Positions 11,042 to 23,848 of a stretch of DNA of 64,000 nt are shown one piece after another. Numbering within the stretch: the stretch's first letter is position 1; the number at the start of each line of letters is the position of its first letter. Position numbers and translations under genes: made by a program. The notes beneath the pieces were generated by a model that saw only the letters and a list, made by a program, of their open reading frames with translations, searched no databases and was not told the DNA's origin. The stretch comes from Alloascoidea hylecoeti (Eukaryota): the NCBI GenBank assembly GCA_001600815.1, contig BCKZ01000005.1, positions 495,727 to 559,726 on the forward strand, in the 5' to 3' direction.

Positions 11042-13672
11042 ATGACTGAGACCTTGGACACCTCTAAAACCGCTGGTACAGATAACAAATTCAGCCACTC
11101 GAACGTTTTCGTCAATGTCAATCCTGTATCTACGGTACTATTCCAGCGATCGGCTACGGACATAAGCAGCGAGAATTCCTTGGACACCGGAAATGGCGTG
11201 GAACCGTTCAGGACTGCCGACACTCCTGGTCGTCCCTCTGCTCTTGGCGGCGCAACACGTGGAGAAGGCTCCAAACCTAGTCTGCGTGAGAAAAGTCCGT
11301 CGCCTCGAATCCCATCGATAATTATTGATCGCATGTCTTCTTCTCAGGAGCGATTATCACAATTGGCTGATTCCGAACCCCTAAACTCCAATACTTATGA
11401 GACCCAAGACCCCTTTCAATCTTTAACTGATACAACTGCACCTCCCAAATCATCTAAACTATTAGGGAAACTATTTAATAGGAGAAATCGCTCTTCTTCC
11501 TCTCCTCCCCGACCCCGCTCTGTTAGCGATATTCTAGAAATAGACAATCAAGTGGCTGTTATGTTAGCATCTCCTACTGAACATCGAAAACTTCTAAAAT
11601 CTTCTTCTAATTCTACCTATAATCCTCCTCCAAATATTGCTTCTCAACATGAAAATTTACGTGTAGGACCAAACTTAACCATGCAAAGTGAAGAATATTT
11701 AGAACCAGAACAATTAACAGATGCTGTTAACTTAAAATATATTAAAACTCAAAAGAAATCTTCAAAACAACAAGAAAAATTATTGAAACAAATTTTTTTA
11801 GCACAAGAATTAAACCCTAATACTAATTCAAATTTATGCAATTTACCTCATGATTCTAATCAATCAACTGCAAGTTCAGTAAATCGATCAAGACGAAATA
11901 GCTATCAACAAAATGCAATTTGGTGTGCTAAATTTAGTAAAGATGGGAAATATTTAGCAACTGCTGGACAAGATTCAATAATACGAGTTTGGAAAGTTTT
12001 AGCATCACCAGTTGATAGAATAGGTTATTATCATCCACCAAGACCATGGTCTGATGATATAAGTATGGCAAGTGATGATTGGAAACCAAAAGCTTATGCT
12101 CCTGTTTTTTTAGAAACTCCAATAAAAATATTTACTGGCCATACAGCTGATGTACTTTGTTTATCATGGAGCAAAAATAATTTTTTATTATCTGCTTCAA
12201 TGGATAAAACTGCAAAATTATGGCATGTTGAAAGAAGTGAATGTTTACATACTTTTTTACATGATGATTTTGTGACTTCGATTGAATTTCATCCAAAAGA
12301 TGATCGATTTTTTGTTTCTGGTTCATTAGATTTTAATTTAAGATTATGGTCAATTTTAGATAAAAATGTTGCATTTATTAAATCATTACCTGATTTAATA
12401 ACAGTTGTAACTTTTACACCTGATGGTAATAAAATAATAACTGGTTTATTTCATGGAATGTGTTATATTTTTGAAACTATTGATTTAATTGAAAAGTTTA
12501 AATTTCAAGTTAAATCATCACATGGGAAAAATTCAAAAGGTTCAAAAGTAACTGGTATTGAAGCTTTTACACCAAATTGTAAAAAGAAAAATTCAAAGTC
12601 AACAAATTCTTCTTCAAACGATATTGATGATGAATTAAAATTACTAATATCAACAAATGATTCACGTATAAGACTTTATAATGTTTCAAATACAAATTTA
12701 GAAGTAAAATATAAAGGTCATATTAATAACAGTAGTCAAAATTTTGCTACTATTTCTGATGATTTAAAATATATAGTATCTGGTTCTGAAGATGAATGTA
12801 CTTATATTTGGAAATTAAATCCAATTGATGATAATAATAAAGATACTTCATCATTATCAACAAATCCATTACCAAATGTTTTAACAAATAATAGAAAAAT
12901 TGTTTCAAAAGATTATGAATATTTTAAATCTCATTCATCAAAAGTTACATTTTCAATTTTTGCTCCTTTAACAACAAGAAGAGTATTAGCAATATCTGGT
13001 GATCCAATTTATGAAATGTTAAATAATGATTTAAATCCAGCAATTGAAAATTATAATAATCAAGAACCATCATCAACAAATATTATATCATCTCAAAGTT
13101 TAATTCATGATAGAACAAGTATTGATGGTGGTATAATAATAACTGGTGATGAATCTGGTTTAATTAGAGTTTTTAGACAAGATTGTTGTTATTCAATTAG
13201 GAAAAAAATAAATGAATTAAAAAAATTAAATAATCGAAAATCAAAAGCAAGAAAATCATTATCAATTAGATCAAGATCAAGATCAAATTCAAATTCAAAT
13301 CAATTAGGCTCACAATTGCAACAAACTGTAACTGATAGCTCGCTAAGAAATACAACAATATTACCATCTCCATTAGGGCATCGATATTCATATCCAAATA
13401 ATAATACCAGTCATAATAGCATTCAAAAACCATCATTAGATCGTATGCATCATAGAACAACATCAAATACAAATTCATCTCCTGCTTCAACTCATAAAAA
13501 TTCATCATATTTTCGTGATCGTAATACAATCTCAAGACCAGGGAGCTTGATGTCTTTTGGCTCGGAAAGTCAAAATAGTGAAATAAGTAATCATGCTTTT
13601 GATTTAACCGAAATGAATCAATCATTAATTAGTTTAGAAACACCTCCAGGAAAATATAAATATATTAAGTGA
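11042..13672 (+). CDS. WDR44-family WD40 protein (Laf1/Dgr2-like)
   Basis: WD repeats AIWCAKFSKDGKYLATAGQD, FTGHTADVLCLSWSKNNFLLSASMDKTAKLW, FVTSIEFHPKDDRFFVSGSLD, STNDSRIRLY, SGSED; disordered N- and C-termini. Confidence 0.85.
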   Translation: MTETLDTSKTAGTDNKFSHSNVFVNVNPVSTVLFQRSATDISSENSLDTGNGVEPFRTADTPGRPSALGGATRGEGSKPSLREKSPSPRIPSIIIDRMSSSQERLSQLADSEPLNSNTYETQDPFQSLTDTTAPPKSSKLLGKLFNRRNRSSSSPPRPRSVSDILEIDNQVAVMLASPTEHRKLLKSSSNSTYNPPPNIASQHENLRVGPNLTMQSEEYLEPEQLTDAVNLKYIKTQKKSSKQQEKLLKQIFLAQELNPNTNSNLCNLPHDSNQSTASSVNRSRRNSYQQNAIWCAKFSKDGKYLATAGQDSIIRVWKVLASPVDRIGYYHPPRPWSDDISMASDDWKPKAYAPVFLETPIKIFTGHTADVLCLSWSKNNFLLSASMDKTAKLWHVERSECLHTFLHDDFVTSIEFHPKDDRFFVSGSLDFNLRLWSILDKNVAFIKSLPDLITVVTFTPDGNKIITGLFHGMCYIFETIDLIEKFKFQVKSSHGKNSKGSKVTGIEAFTPNCKKKNSKSTNSSSNDIDDELKLLISTNDSRIRLYNVSNTNLEVKYKGHINNSSQNFATISDDLKYIVSGSEDECTYIWKLNPIDDNNKDTSSLSTNPLPNVLTNNRKIVSKDYEYFKSHSSKVTFSIFAPLTTRRVLAISGDPIYEMLNNDLNPAIENYNNQEPSSTNIISSQSLIHDRTSIDGGIIITGDESGLIRVFRQDCCYSIRKKINELKKLNNRKSKARKSLSIRSRSRSNSNSNQLGSQLQQTVTDSSLRNTTILPSPLGHRYSYPNNNTSHNSIQKPSLDRMHHRTTSNTNSSPASTHKNSSYFRDRNTISRPGSLMSFGSESQNSEISNHAFDLTEMNQSLISLETPPGKYKYIK

Positions 13673-15609
13673 TCTTTGATAATCTTGTCTATAGCGCTAT
13701 AAGATTCCATACGGCTTGTTTATGTTTATCATTTTTTATGCATATTATATTGTAGTGTGTATAATGAAATGGATAGTCTATCATGCACCTGCATATAAAA
13801 AATAGATCCAGATAATTGAAACAGGATATAAGCTTCAAGATACATAAGATGAATAATTAGCTAATAGTGAATAAAATTTATGATCTTATTATATAAGATG
13901 TCTAACATTCAATTATACATGTACTACTAGTACACAAATTTCATAATAATAACATCATAACATAAAACATAAAACATTAAACTATAACAAAAACAAGTTA
14001 TAGTATTAATTACACCCCCTCGAGCTCTATCCCTACATTTCCTAGGATCAAAATTAATTAACCTACTAATGAGTATACTAGTCTAACTTATTTTATGATT
14101 CTGCAATTATGTTGAATTTAATAATTTTTAATCGTTGTACTTAGTACACACTTCCCCTATTATGATGATAAATTTAAACGCAATAAATAAAAATTACGAA
14201 CAATGAACGTAGCGCTAGTATGCAAAAATACAATATCAAAGCGACCATAAGCATTCAGTGGAATTATATAAGGTGATTCGTATCGTATTTAACTTAATGT
14301 TAGAATAATAAATTAATTCGTAGGCTATATCTCAGGTTAGGATTTTTCACTCAGTATTAAACATATTAATTTCACATCTCAGTTTATGTCAGTTCTTTGC
14401 AATTGCCTAAATTTCTTTTAATAAATCTCATTTTTACTAGAACACGATGGTGATTTACTGCTGTGCATAGTATTTGCTATAACTATGTGTGGTTCCCATT
14501 AAATGAGTCATTATTCTATAAAAGCCAGGGTAATGAAAGTTGTCCCTAGTGGGTTGAATTATTTAATTTGTACTTATGTAAGCCATCACAAAAGTTTAAC
14601 AAGTATATTTAAATCACGATTTTTAGGCATCGATGTGATAATGTATCGGGTTGTAGTATGGGTGTACAGTACATCCTCTTCGGTTTCTAGACTCAATAAA
14701 AGTAAAGGAGACAGATTGGGATTATTAATTAACCCAAACTTACTGAAGGTTAACGATTTTAACAGCACATGATGATGTCAAAATACTTGGTTTGCTATCA
14801 AAAAAAAGGTTTGGTGTTATGAAGTAGGTATTAGGTTTAGATATCAAAAGGTAAAAAGATGAATTTTATTTTTTCATTAATAAAGTTGGTTCATCGAACC
14901 TTTTTTCAAAATAGGAATAAATTAATTTAGTCGAGAGAAGTAATATGAAGTATGTTGGATATTATACCACCCTTGAAAACTGTCCTAAAACAGATAAAAG
15001 AGATTTTCTATCATCTTTAATGGGAATAAAAACGTTTACAACTTCAGGTTCTTTCATTGTAACTTATATTGAATCTATCTGGGTTTGCTTTACTACACAC
15101 GTTAATATACCGTATATCGTAACTGCTAAGTTATGTTTCGCAAACCAGTCGTAAATAAATATAAGTATTGAGAAGAGTTAAACCAGATGTACTAATGACA
15201 TTAATATCTATCTATCTTAACTGATAACTTATGAGTAAATGAGAATTAAACTTTAAAGCAGGCTAACAATAAATTAGTCATTAATGACTTGACAAGAACA
15301 GTTCGCAAGAGGTCAATTGACTTTTTGGCATAACTGGGAGAAACAGGCACTTAGAAATTTATCAAAGTATACATGCAAAATTTATAAAATTGTGGTTAAA
15401 AGCGGATATGCACTTTCTTATTTTGATCATTGCGGAATAATTATTATACCATATAGGTATCACTTAAGCTTAAGCTTACTTGTCTTCAAACCTTGTTTAC
15501 TAGTTAGATGGTCACGGAAAAACTTGTAGTCCAAATAGAATTTGTTTCCCGTTATAAATATAACGATATTCTCAACTAAATAGAATATCAATGAACTAAA
15601 GATTTCAAT

Positions 15610-18245
15610 ATGTTCGACCACAACCATAATCAACGAATTCAAAGTATAAGGATACTCGTTGGTAGAGCCTGTACCAAAATTAGGAATATAAGGTCCAAGC
15701 ATAGAAATATTACTTCTGGATCATTATCCATGAACAGTGATACCTCTACCATAAGTGAAAAATGTAAAGATATGTATATTGAATACAAATCTGAAAGCTA
15801 ATTCAACAAGAAAAATCTATTTGAAAATAAAGTTGACAAGAGAGAAACATCTAAAACCAGCGTTAACAAAAAAATTATGCCTGAAAATCCATCTGAAAGA
15901 ATAGCTGAAAATCCATTTGAATATTTCCCTAGAGAAGTTACTACAGAGATTCTTAGTAATTTGTCAAAAAAAATCGTTTTCAGGTCAGCAAAAGTATCAA
16001 GTCAATGGTTCAATGAAATTATTTATGATAATTATTTGTTGAAGAAAGTCTCAAATCCATTTGAAAGACTATGGATGGAGTACTGGAAATTGAAAATGAT
16101 AAGCCTGTTGGGGTTAAAGTCTAACTTGATTCAAAAAGGAAAAGTAGACAAAATAATGTTGCAGATTTTGGAAGAAACATTTAAAAATAATATCGAGCAA
16201 AACATTTATAATTATATAATGTATTCACAATATTATAAAATCGCTATCGACATATTAAAGGCAACTATTGATAATCCAATAACTATTCCAAATGATTATT
16301 CAATTACTACCCAGAATGAATGTTCGCTGTTTATTTGCGAAAATCAAATGGTTTATGATAATAAGTTAGTTTCTAATGAAAAACATGGAAATAATTATAG
16401 GTTCAGGTACAGTCAGTTAGTAAGTTTAATCATTGGAGATTTCTTTTTAAACTATGATGTAACGACATCAAACTTGGTAATATCGAGTACTAATTGGGAT
16501 TTTTTTTATTACTTCTAATCTTCACCAATCACTCTATAACGATATGGAAAGATTTACAGATAGAGACGAGCGTTTTAATGATATTTTTTTTGGGATGCAC
16601 AAGCTATTACAATAATTGAACTAAACTTGACAGATTTAGATGGTCACAAGTACGACGAGAATACAGATAATATGAGTAAGACTCACTCTCAAACTCCAAT
16701 CTTGAAATTTGAAATTTCTTCTTTAAGAACAGTTTTGTATACATTTTTAGAAGGCCTCCAAGATATGGTGATAGAAGATTGGGTATACCAAGAACACAAC
16801 AGCAGAATCACATTATTATACACAGATCGTTCTTTACGACAAATTGATATTGGAGAGAACTATTTACACGCTGAAGGATGTTTCTTAATCTGATATAATG
16901 TTTTGCCAACTATTCCTGCAACTGATATATATGAATACCCATATACACATTTAAATGTTCGAGGTAAAGAGCTTCTGAGATTCTTTGGACCAGATGATTA
17001 TAAAGGTAATAAGGCTATAATTATACATGCAAATGACTCCGAGAATTTTACTCGTGATACTAAAGTATTCATTTTGGATTTGTTAAAAGGAACGACTGTT
17101 GAGGTTGATTGTATAACAAAGTTTCTTCTCAATCTTCCCCAAATTTCTAAATTGCATATAGCAATCGAAGGTGATCACGAATTCAAATCTGGGACTACAG
17201 AATCCAATATTAATGCTAATGTTAATGGAGGTATGATCATGTGTGAGTTACGAAATAAGAAGTCAACAAATAAATGCCGTATTGCAATGGTTTATAACTA
17301 TGCATGTGAAAAAAAAAAGAAATATTAATGATTGTCATCACAGCCAATCGCCATCAAATTTTGCTGTTGTTGATATTGATATATATGATCCAGAAAAAAC
17401 TATACTGTGTCATCATCCCCCAAAAATAGAGGATGAACGAAAATATTATGAAACTAAATATGGAAAAGAAATAGTCCATCCACTGTTGAAGTTCTTCAAT
17501 GATCATATCTACACTACCAGAAATGAAAAGAATACATGGAATGTGGACACTTACTATTTAAATGATTATAATGACGAATTAGTTTTGAAATCCTCCTGGT
17601 CCCCAAAATTAACTTTACCCCACATGGATCCAGAGTCCGCTTGTAATCCTCTTATTTGTAATCCCCAACTCAACACCGGTATCTATAATTTCAGCTCAGA
17701 TATAATAGTTTTCAGCAGGTCTTACAGCAAGAAGCTCAAAGGCTCATGTTCTATCGATGATGGTGATTCAAAACTAATGAGAATAAATGAATACCATATT
17801 TATAGAATTATGTAAGGATATAGCGATAATTTAGCTGAAGTGAAAATAACTTATCTTATAAAAAGAGGAAACTACTTACTATTTATATAGGCTTTCATAG
17901 CCGGGTAGCTATACTTTAAGTTACAATTGCTACCTGAGAACCTGACAAATTAGTACTGGAAAATTATTGGCTAGAGTGAAATTGAAACCTTCAGACACAA
18001 AAGTATCACAGAACAAGGAGTCTAGAACAAATTTTGAGTTGGCATTCATTTCCCTTGGTCATTTCGCTAAACGTGTTGATAGAATTTATTTTCAAATGCG
18101 TGAAATACATTATGATATGTTTTATAGTGGTCTGCCATTTTTGGATATGATTGACGTTTCAGAAAAATCTTTCAAAGATCTTATGAATAGAATATTATTG
18201 TCCGCTGGTTACAATATCAATCTCCAAGCTATTATGAACCCTTGA
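15610..18245 (+). pseudogene. Disrupted F-box gene with long C-terminal region
   Basis: F-box NPFEYFPREVTTEILSNL...KVSSQW. ORFs 15610, 15877, 16627 and 16903 share a frame, broken by TAA (15799-15801) and TGA (16891-16893). Compensating frameshifts in T-runs near 16500 and 16585, an A10 frameshift at 17309-17318, and a mini-LTR insertion at 17811-17947 whose removal fuses the 17243 and 17967 ORFs. Confidence 0.7.
17811..17947. mobile_element. 137-bp solo-LTR-like element with 5-bp TSD
   Basis: Starts TGTAAGG, ends CCTGACA (imperfect terminal inverted repeat, TG..CA), flanked by AATTA on both sides (17806-17810, 17948-17952). Homologous to 28137-28273. Confidence 0.8.
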
Positions 18246-18955
18246 ATATAATTTTTAAAGGAAATTCAGTCAAGGTTACCTAGTATAACTCAAATGAATC
18301 ATAAATTAATTATGCTCAAAATCATCTCCTTTAAGCTTAAGCTTACAATTTTATTTAATATGGAAATTACATTTCTTCGCTTAATCACTGTCAAAAATGA
18401 TTGGTAGCTATATAATAGTAGTTATGCTTCTCATGTATATCTTCAGAATTGAATCTGACTTTAAATTTGTTAAATCTTTGCGATTGATTGGTAAATTTTA
18501 AACATGCACAAAAGAATGTGGTACATGATTCGAATATTGATCTTTCGCCAAAATGTTAGATTAAAGTATGAAATCAGCTTGAGCGCCATAATCTAAAATT
18601 TGGGTGAATATTTTATCATATGTGGACGAATATAGGTCAACAAATGGTCGATATTAATGCAAAACACCTATAATTAAGTGTTTAGTTTGTGATCGATTGT
18701 GTGTAACATTAAATACAACGATATCCCACGAAAATATAGATCTAGATATAATAAATCTTTAGATTAAAGAAGATAAGAACATTTCCAGCGGAGTATAATT
18801 CAATAAATGATCTTCAGTCTCTTGCGACTGATGAAAACTAGCATCCAACACAAAATTGGCATAAAAGTACATCTCCTAGCTAGAGTTAGATCTGGAATGA
18901 CTATAGACAACTATCATCAATCGAACAATTGTAATTAGTTAACTTTAACTTTAAT

Positions 18956-18956
<1 letters not shown>

Positions 18957-18993
<37 letters not shown>
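18957..18993. repeat. (TA)11 microsatellite fused to a T15 tract
   Basis: Read directly; downstream of YAP1. Confidence 0.9.
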
Positions 18994-19247
18994 ATTATAT
19001 ACATATACATATAAGAAGACATTTATATGTACTCATAAACCCCAATTACAATTGGAAAGATTATATTATACACGTTAAAAACAACTGTAAAATGCAATTC
19101 ATAAAAAAATACTAAGAGAAATAATGTTAGCGCTAATTAATATCAATATTTTAAAAATATTTCAGCAATATTAATTACTAAATAAATTATTATTATGTGT
19201 GTAACTTCTATAACTATCAATCAATCTCTCTTTCTTTTTGGTGCTTC

Positions 19248-20630
19248 TCAAAGGCTAGATAATATAGAATCTACAACATTTTCTTCAACAACAACACCTT
19301 TATCAGAACATTTGGCCTTTGCTTTTAATTCATTACATAAACCCTCTATGTCCAATTCCGTATACTTAGAATGAGATGAGATCCTTTCCCAGATTTCAGA
19401 ACAAGGTAAAAGTTTTCTTTGTGCTGGAACAACCTCGGAGTTGTTTAAACCTATATCTAAAGAAAATGATTGTTTTGGACCGGGGATGCTTGTAGTTGGG
19501 AGTAAATCTGGTTGTAATTTGGTGTGGGGTATTATATTACTGTTGTTTAATTGTGAACCAGGGGATATGAATGATTGTGATGAATATGGGGCTGGGTATA
19601 AACTATTATCTCCAAATAAAGCATCATACGAATTCCTTTTGGTAGTTGCATTCAATGAGTTAGGATCTATTATATTCGCATTTATATTAGATTGTTGTTG
19701 TTGCATTTGTTGATTTCTATTCTGTTCATCCCAATTGAAAACAAAGTTAGAATCAATTGCATCGTCTTGAAATATATAATCTAATTCAGTACCATCCATA
19801 TTATCAAACAGAGGTGGTGATAATAGATCACTTTCAAATTTGACAGACTGTGAATTTACAGAAGATGTTGTATAAGTACTAAAAGGAGACGCCACTGAGT
19901 GCATAGCTGGGGATTCAGGAATAATATTTGAACCTTCAAAATTCCTATTAATTATTCTTTTTGGGACAGGGCAGTCTTTAGTACCACACGCTTCAGACAT
20001 CTTTAAGCAGAATTCTTCTACAGTTTCATCAAACGTCTCTGGGATTGAAGATCGAGCTCCGAAGTTAGCCGGACTAGTTTGTGGCATCTCGACATCATGA
20101 TCATGATCTGGGGGTGAGACCACATGTGGTGATGTAAAAACAGAGGATGGCGAAGGTTTAGGAGTAACATGGCGTATAAGCGTAGGAAGAGGGGAATCCG
20201 CCTTTATTTGATTATTATCACGATTAGTATTAAATGTGTTTTTGTTAAATTGAAAGTCAAATCCAAACTTAGATGATGGAGGTTTTAAATCAGATAAAGA
20301 AGTTGGACTTTGAGGTGATTGCTTTGTTAATTTGTCTAACATTTCTTTCAATCTCTCAACCTGTAATCTTAAGAATTCATTCTCAGAATGAGCGATGCTC
20401 TTTTCATCTTCTAGTTCTTTGACTTTATCTTCCAAATCCTGTAATCGATGTTCTTTTCTTTCTCGAAAAGCTCTTTGTGCAGCCCGGTTCTGTGCCTTCC
20501 GTTTGCTTTCATTATCCAAGTTAGTAGATGTGGGTTTTTTCAAAGATTTAGTATCAGGAACATGCTTCTTGGAGGCTTCATTTGTTTCGAAATTAGCTGG
20601 TAAATGTCTTTTGGGATTATTGGGATCCAT
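19248..20630 (-). CDS. YAP1: AP-1-like oxidative-stress bZIP transcription factor
   Basis: Basic region KRKAQNRAAQRAFRERKE plus leucine zipper; n-CRD FCLKMSEACGTKDCP; c-CRD CSEIWERI...LDIEGLCNELKAKAKCSDKG. Confidence 0.93.
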   Translation of the reverse strand: MDPNNPKRHLPANFETNEASKKHVPDTKSLKKPTSTNLDNESKRKAQNRAAQRAFRERKEHRLQDLEDKVKELEDEKSIAHSENEFLRLQVERLKEMLDKLTKQSPQSPTSLSDLKPPSSKFGFDFQFNKNTFNTNRDNNQIKADSPLPTLIRHVTPKPSPSSVFTSPHVVSPPDHDHDVEMPQTSPANFGARSSIPETFDETVEEFCLKMSEACGTKDCPVPKRIINRNFEGSNIIPESPAMHSVASPFSTYTTSSVNSQSVKFESDLLSPPLFDNMDGTELDYIFQDDAIDSNFVFNWDEQNRNQQMQQQQSNINANIIDPNSLNATTKRNSYDALFGDNSLYPAPYSSQSFISPGSQLNNSNIIPHTKLQPDLLPTTSIPGPKQSFSLDIGLNNSEVVPAQRKLLPCSEIWERISSHSKYTELDIEGLCNELKAKAKCSDKGVVVEENVVDSILSSL

Positions 20631-20997
20631 TTGGTGTATTTGATGATGGAAGATCTAAGTTTAAATTGTATTACAAATGAAGATGAGAGAATGGAGGAAC
20701 AGACAATTTTATTTATGTCAGCTACCTAAGTTTGACGGACACCTAATTTTTAACAATTGATAAATTCTGATAAATTATCTTTTTCCTACGAATACACTCT
20801 GTTTAGATTAACACAATTATATGAATGAAGTGTGTTAATTAATATAATTATACTCGTAATCTTAATATTATATTTCTACGCACTTTTCCCAACTCCATAG
20901 GAACAAGATTTTACCTTTTTTCACCACTCACACGAATTAGTGAGAGAACAAAAAAAAGACATTTATACTTCCTCTGATAGCTCGAAAAAAATAAGTT

Positions 20998-23654
20998 ATG
21001 GCGGCTTCAAATGGTAAGTAGAAACCTTTATTTTTCATCATAATTTTTGCACCATCATAATCATTCGATTTTTTGGTGTTGATTCGTGTTTAAAAATTTC
21101 AACATCTCTAATAACTCCGCTTTTTGGCGCATTTTTTACAGGAAGCCCTTTGCCATTCAATAATGATGAGGTGTATCCGGCAAAAGATAATGGCCGCCCT
21201 CCTTTAGAATATACACAGGATTTGCTTGAGGAATCAGATTTCAACTATAATCCTTTAGTTCCTACTCAATTAAGTTCTCCATTTTTTGTTGACATCACCG
21301 AAGAATTTCTAAAAGATGCTTCAGGTATGTGCCTTTCTTTTCTTTAAATGATGACAAACTTAATAACTCACTATTTTCGTTTTTCAAGCAATGGCTGATG
21401 GCGATCTATGCAAATCATCCCAGTTCAACTTAAGAAATGGTACACATGCCCTTGAAGTGAGTCTTAAAAACATCTTTTGGTAAATGGTATACTCCGGCAA
21501 TTTTACTGATTAACAAATTTATAGATTTTAAACCCAGCAATGGATACCGGACTTATCAAATTATCACAGGATGAAAAAGATTTTGATATTACAAGTCCAA
21601 GATCTTTAGATGAAATATTATGGATTGTAGACACATTATACAAATCTTTAAATTCTTGGTTAAATGGTTCTTCATTACCTCAAACTATTTTATCCTGTAT
21701 TTACGTTGAAAAATTACTTGATAATTATTCAAGATCATTAAAATTATCAGGTGCTTCATTTATTGATGAAGACGATAAAGTTAATGAGATTTTATCATCG
21801 CAGGCTGAATATCAACTTGTTCATAAGTGTTTGAGATCTTTTATATTAGCTATTTGTCAATTTGTTCGTATAATGCTTACTTTTTGTCAATTGGGGATAA
21901 TTATCGAAGAAGAGGATATTCTGTTACAAACTTTGGATATTGATTTCCTCAGTTTTGTGAATTTAGGAATTCTTAGGGATGAAATCAACAATGGAATAAA
22001 ATGGTTGGAAGAAAATAAAGAAAATTTTAATGATGAATTAGCAGTTGAAAAAAGTAACCTTTTACTTGGGATGATGAAAGTTATTCTGAATTTAATCCAT
22101 ATTGGAGATTTTTTAAGTCTGTCTGATCCTTCAAATCTTTTAACAGAAACATTAACTCTTATCACAACAATACAAACAACTGAAAATGAAAATCTAATAA
22201 ATAATTTAAAACCTGTATCTGGGTGCTTTTCAATGGGTGTTCAACTACGTCATTCAAATAAGACTCCACCACGTCCTTTAGTTGATGATTATAATAATGA
22301 AACATTAATTGAAACATTTGATCCAATTAAAAATATAGTCAATGAAATAATTGAAATTTTGCAATTACCGAATTTTAAATCTGGTATTGATATTTTACAA
22401 TTTGTTGAAGCATTTTCAATGAAAAGACCTTTGGTTTCTCCCTTCTCACGTTGTTTCTTACAATTATATTTGTTAAGAGAAAATAGTACAATACTTGGAA
22501 CTTCAATGACGTTTTTAGATTTCACAATTAAAGTACTTTCTGAAACAACGTGTAGTTCAAGATTTCTCGATAATTTATTGAATAGCTCCAATAATGCTGT
22601 CCTAGCAAAAGTTAACGAATTAATTGGAAATTTGACATCTGCTATTTTGGCATCAATTAGTATTACAAGTTATAATCCAAGTAGACAATACTCAGGATTA
22701 TCACGACAAATAGTAACTTGGGATTCAAATCAAGTAGTAAGTGAACAATTAGAAGTTGATCTTGAGACCAATTATCATCTTTCGGATCCTATGAAGAACG
22801 GTAATGGGAGTTTAACCTCAGCAATGCCTATCTCATCTTTTACTTTTTATTGGAAATTAAAAACAATGATAAGTTTTGTTTTTCAAGGATTTGAATTGGA
22901 CTTATATAAACCATGGGAATATACACTAATGTATTGGTATGGTGAATACCTTATCAAAGTTATGTTAAGCAATATTGCTAGGATAGACGGATATCTACAA
23001 TATAGACTAGATAAAATGAAAAAGCAAAAGAAGAAAAAAGCAGGTAAGAATACCGAAGAAAGTTCAAAGCTTACAAAAGGTGAAATCAAAGAAAGAATAC
23101 GGAATTCTATTAATTTCTTCAAGAAGGAAAAACTAAAATATGAAGGTTATATGAATCTTTGTACTGCACAATATTTAACAGCAATTGTATTAGAAGAATC
23201 AGACATTATCCAAAGGCGAGCATCACCTTTCACAACACCCAATTTACAATTCGGTTTACGGATGAAACCTTTTTCATCTGTTGGTGTTCCTGAATTTCCT
23301 TCTTATGATGAATATATCTCATCCAAACAACAAGTGGTAGCTCAAAAATCACATGTAAATTCATTGCTTTTACTCATCACCAATTTAACCAAACAATCTA
23401 GAGCATCTTTTGAAGCGTTACAAAAAATGGTTTTAGAGGAAGGGTCACTAAACACGGACATTAAATTGATATCTGATCACTTTAATATTTCAATCAAAGA
23501 AGCAATTCGAAGCTCCATTGGTATTGGGCTGAGATCGATGCAAATGGGAAAGATATTGGGATCAAAGGAGTTTAAAAGCTCCAATTACAAGATAGCTTAC
23601 GATACAAAGGACTATGACCGTTCCTTTCCTGTAATATATTTAGAAAAAAAGTGA
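20998..23654 (+). CDS. MAK10: NatC auxiliary subunit (exons 20998-21013, 21142-21324, 21389-21456, 21525-23654)
   Basis: Three GT-AG introns restore ...GTHALEILNPAMDTG. Motifs WLNGSSLPQTILSCIY, EEED, GFELDLYKPWEY, LRMKPFSSVGVP. Confidence 0.88.
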
Positions 23655-23719
23655 AAGCGATATAAAGAAGTAAAGGGAATAATAGATAGTAGATACATAA
23701 TATTGCATATTCATCAATA

Positions 23720-23727
23720 TAGGGCTA
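23720..23727. promoter_or_regulatory. Candidate Tbf1-type element upstream of RPL12
   Basis: TAGGGCTA about 125 bp upstream of the RPL12 ATG. Tbf1 elements drive ribosomal protein genes in non-Saccharomyces yeasts such as Candida albicans. Short motif only. Confidence 0.45.
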
Positions 23728-23848
23728 AACCCAGGTACTGTATTTTACGCGTGAAATATGTATATTTCAGCACAATCTCGAACTTTCAACGTTTGGATAC
23801 CACACAACTCCCTTGGATATACAGACCGAATCAAACAAAACAGCTGTA

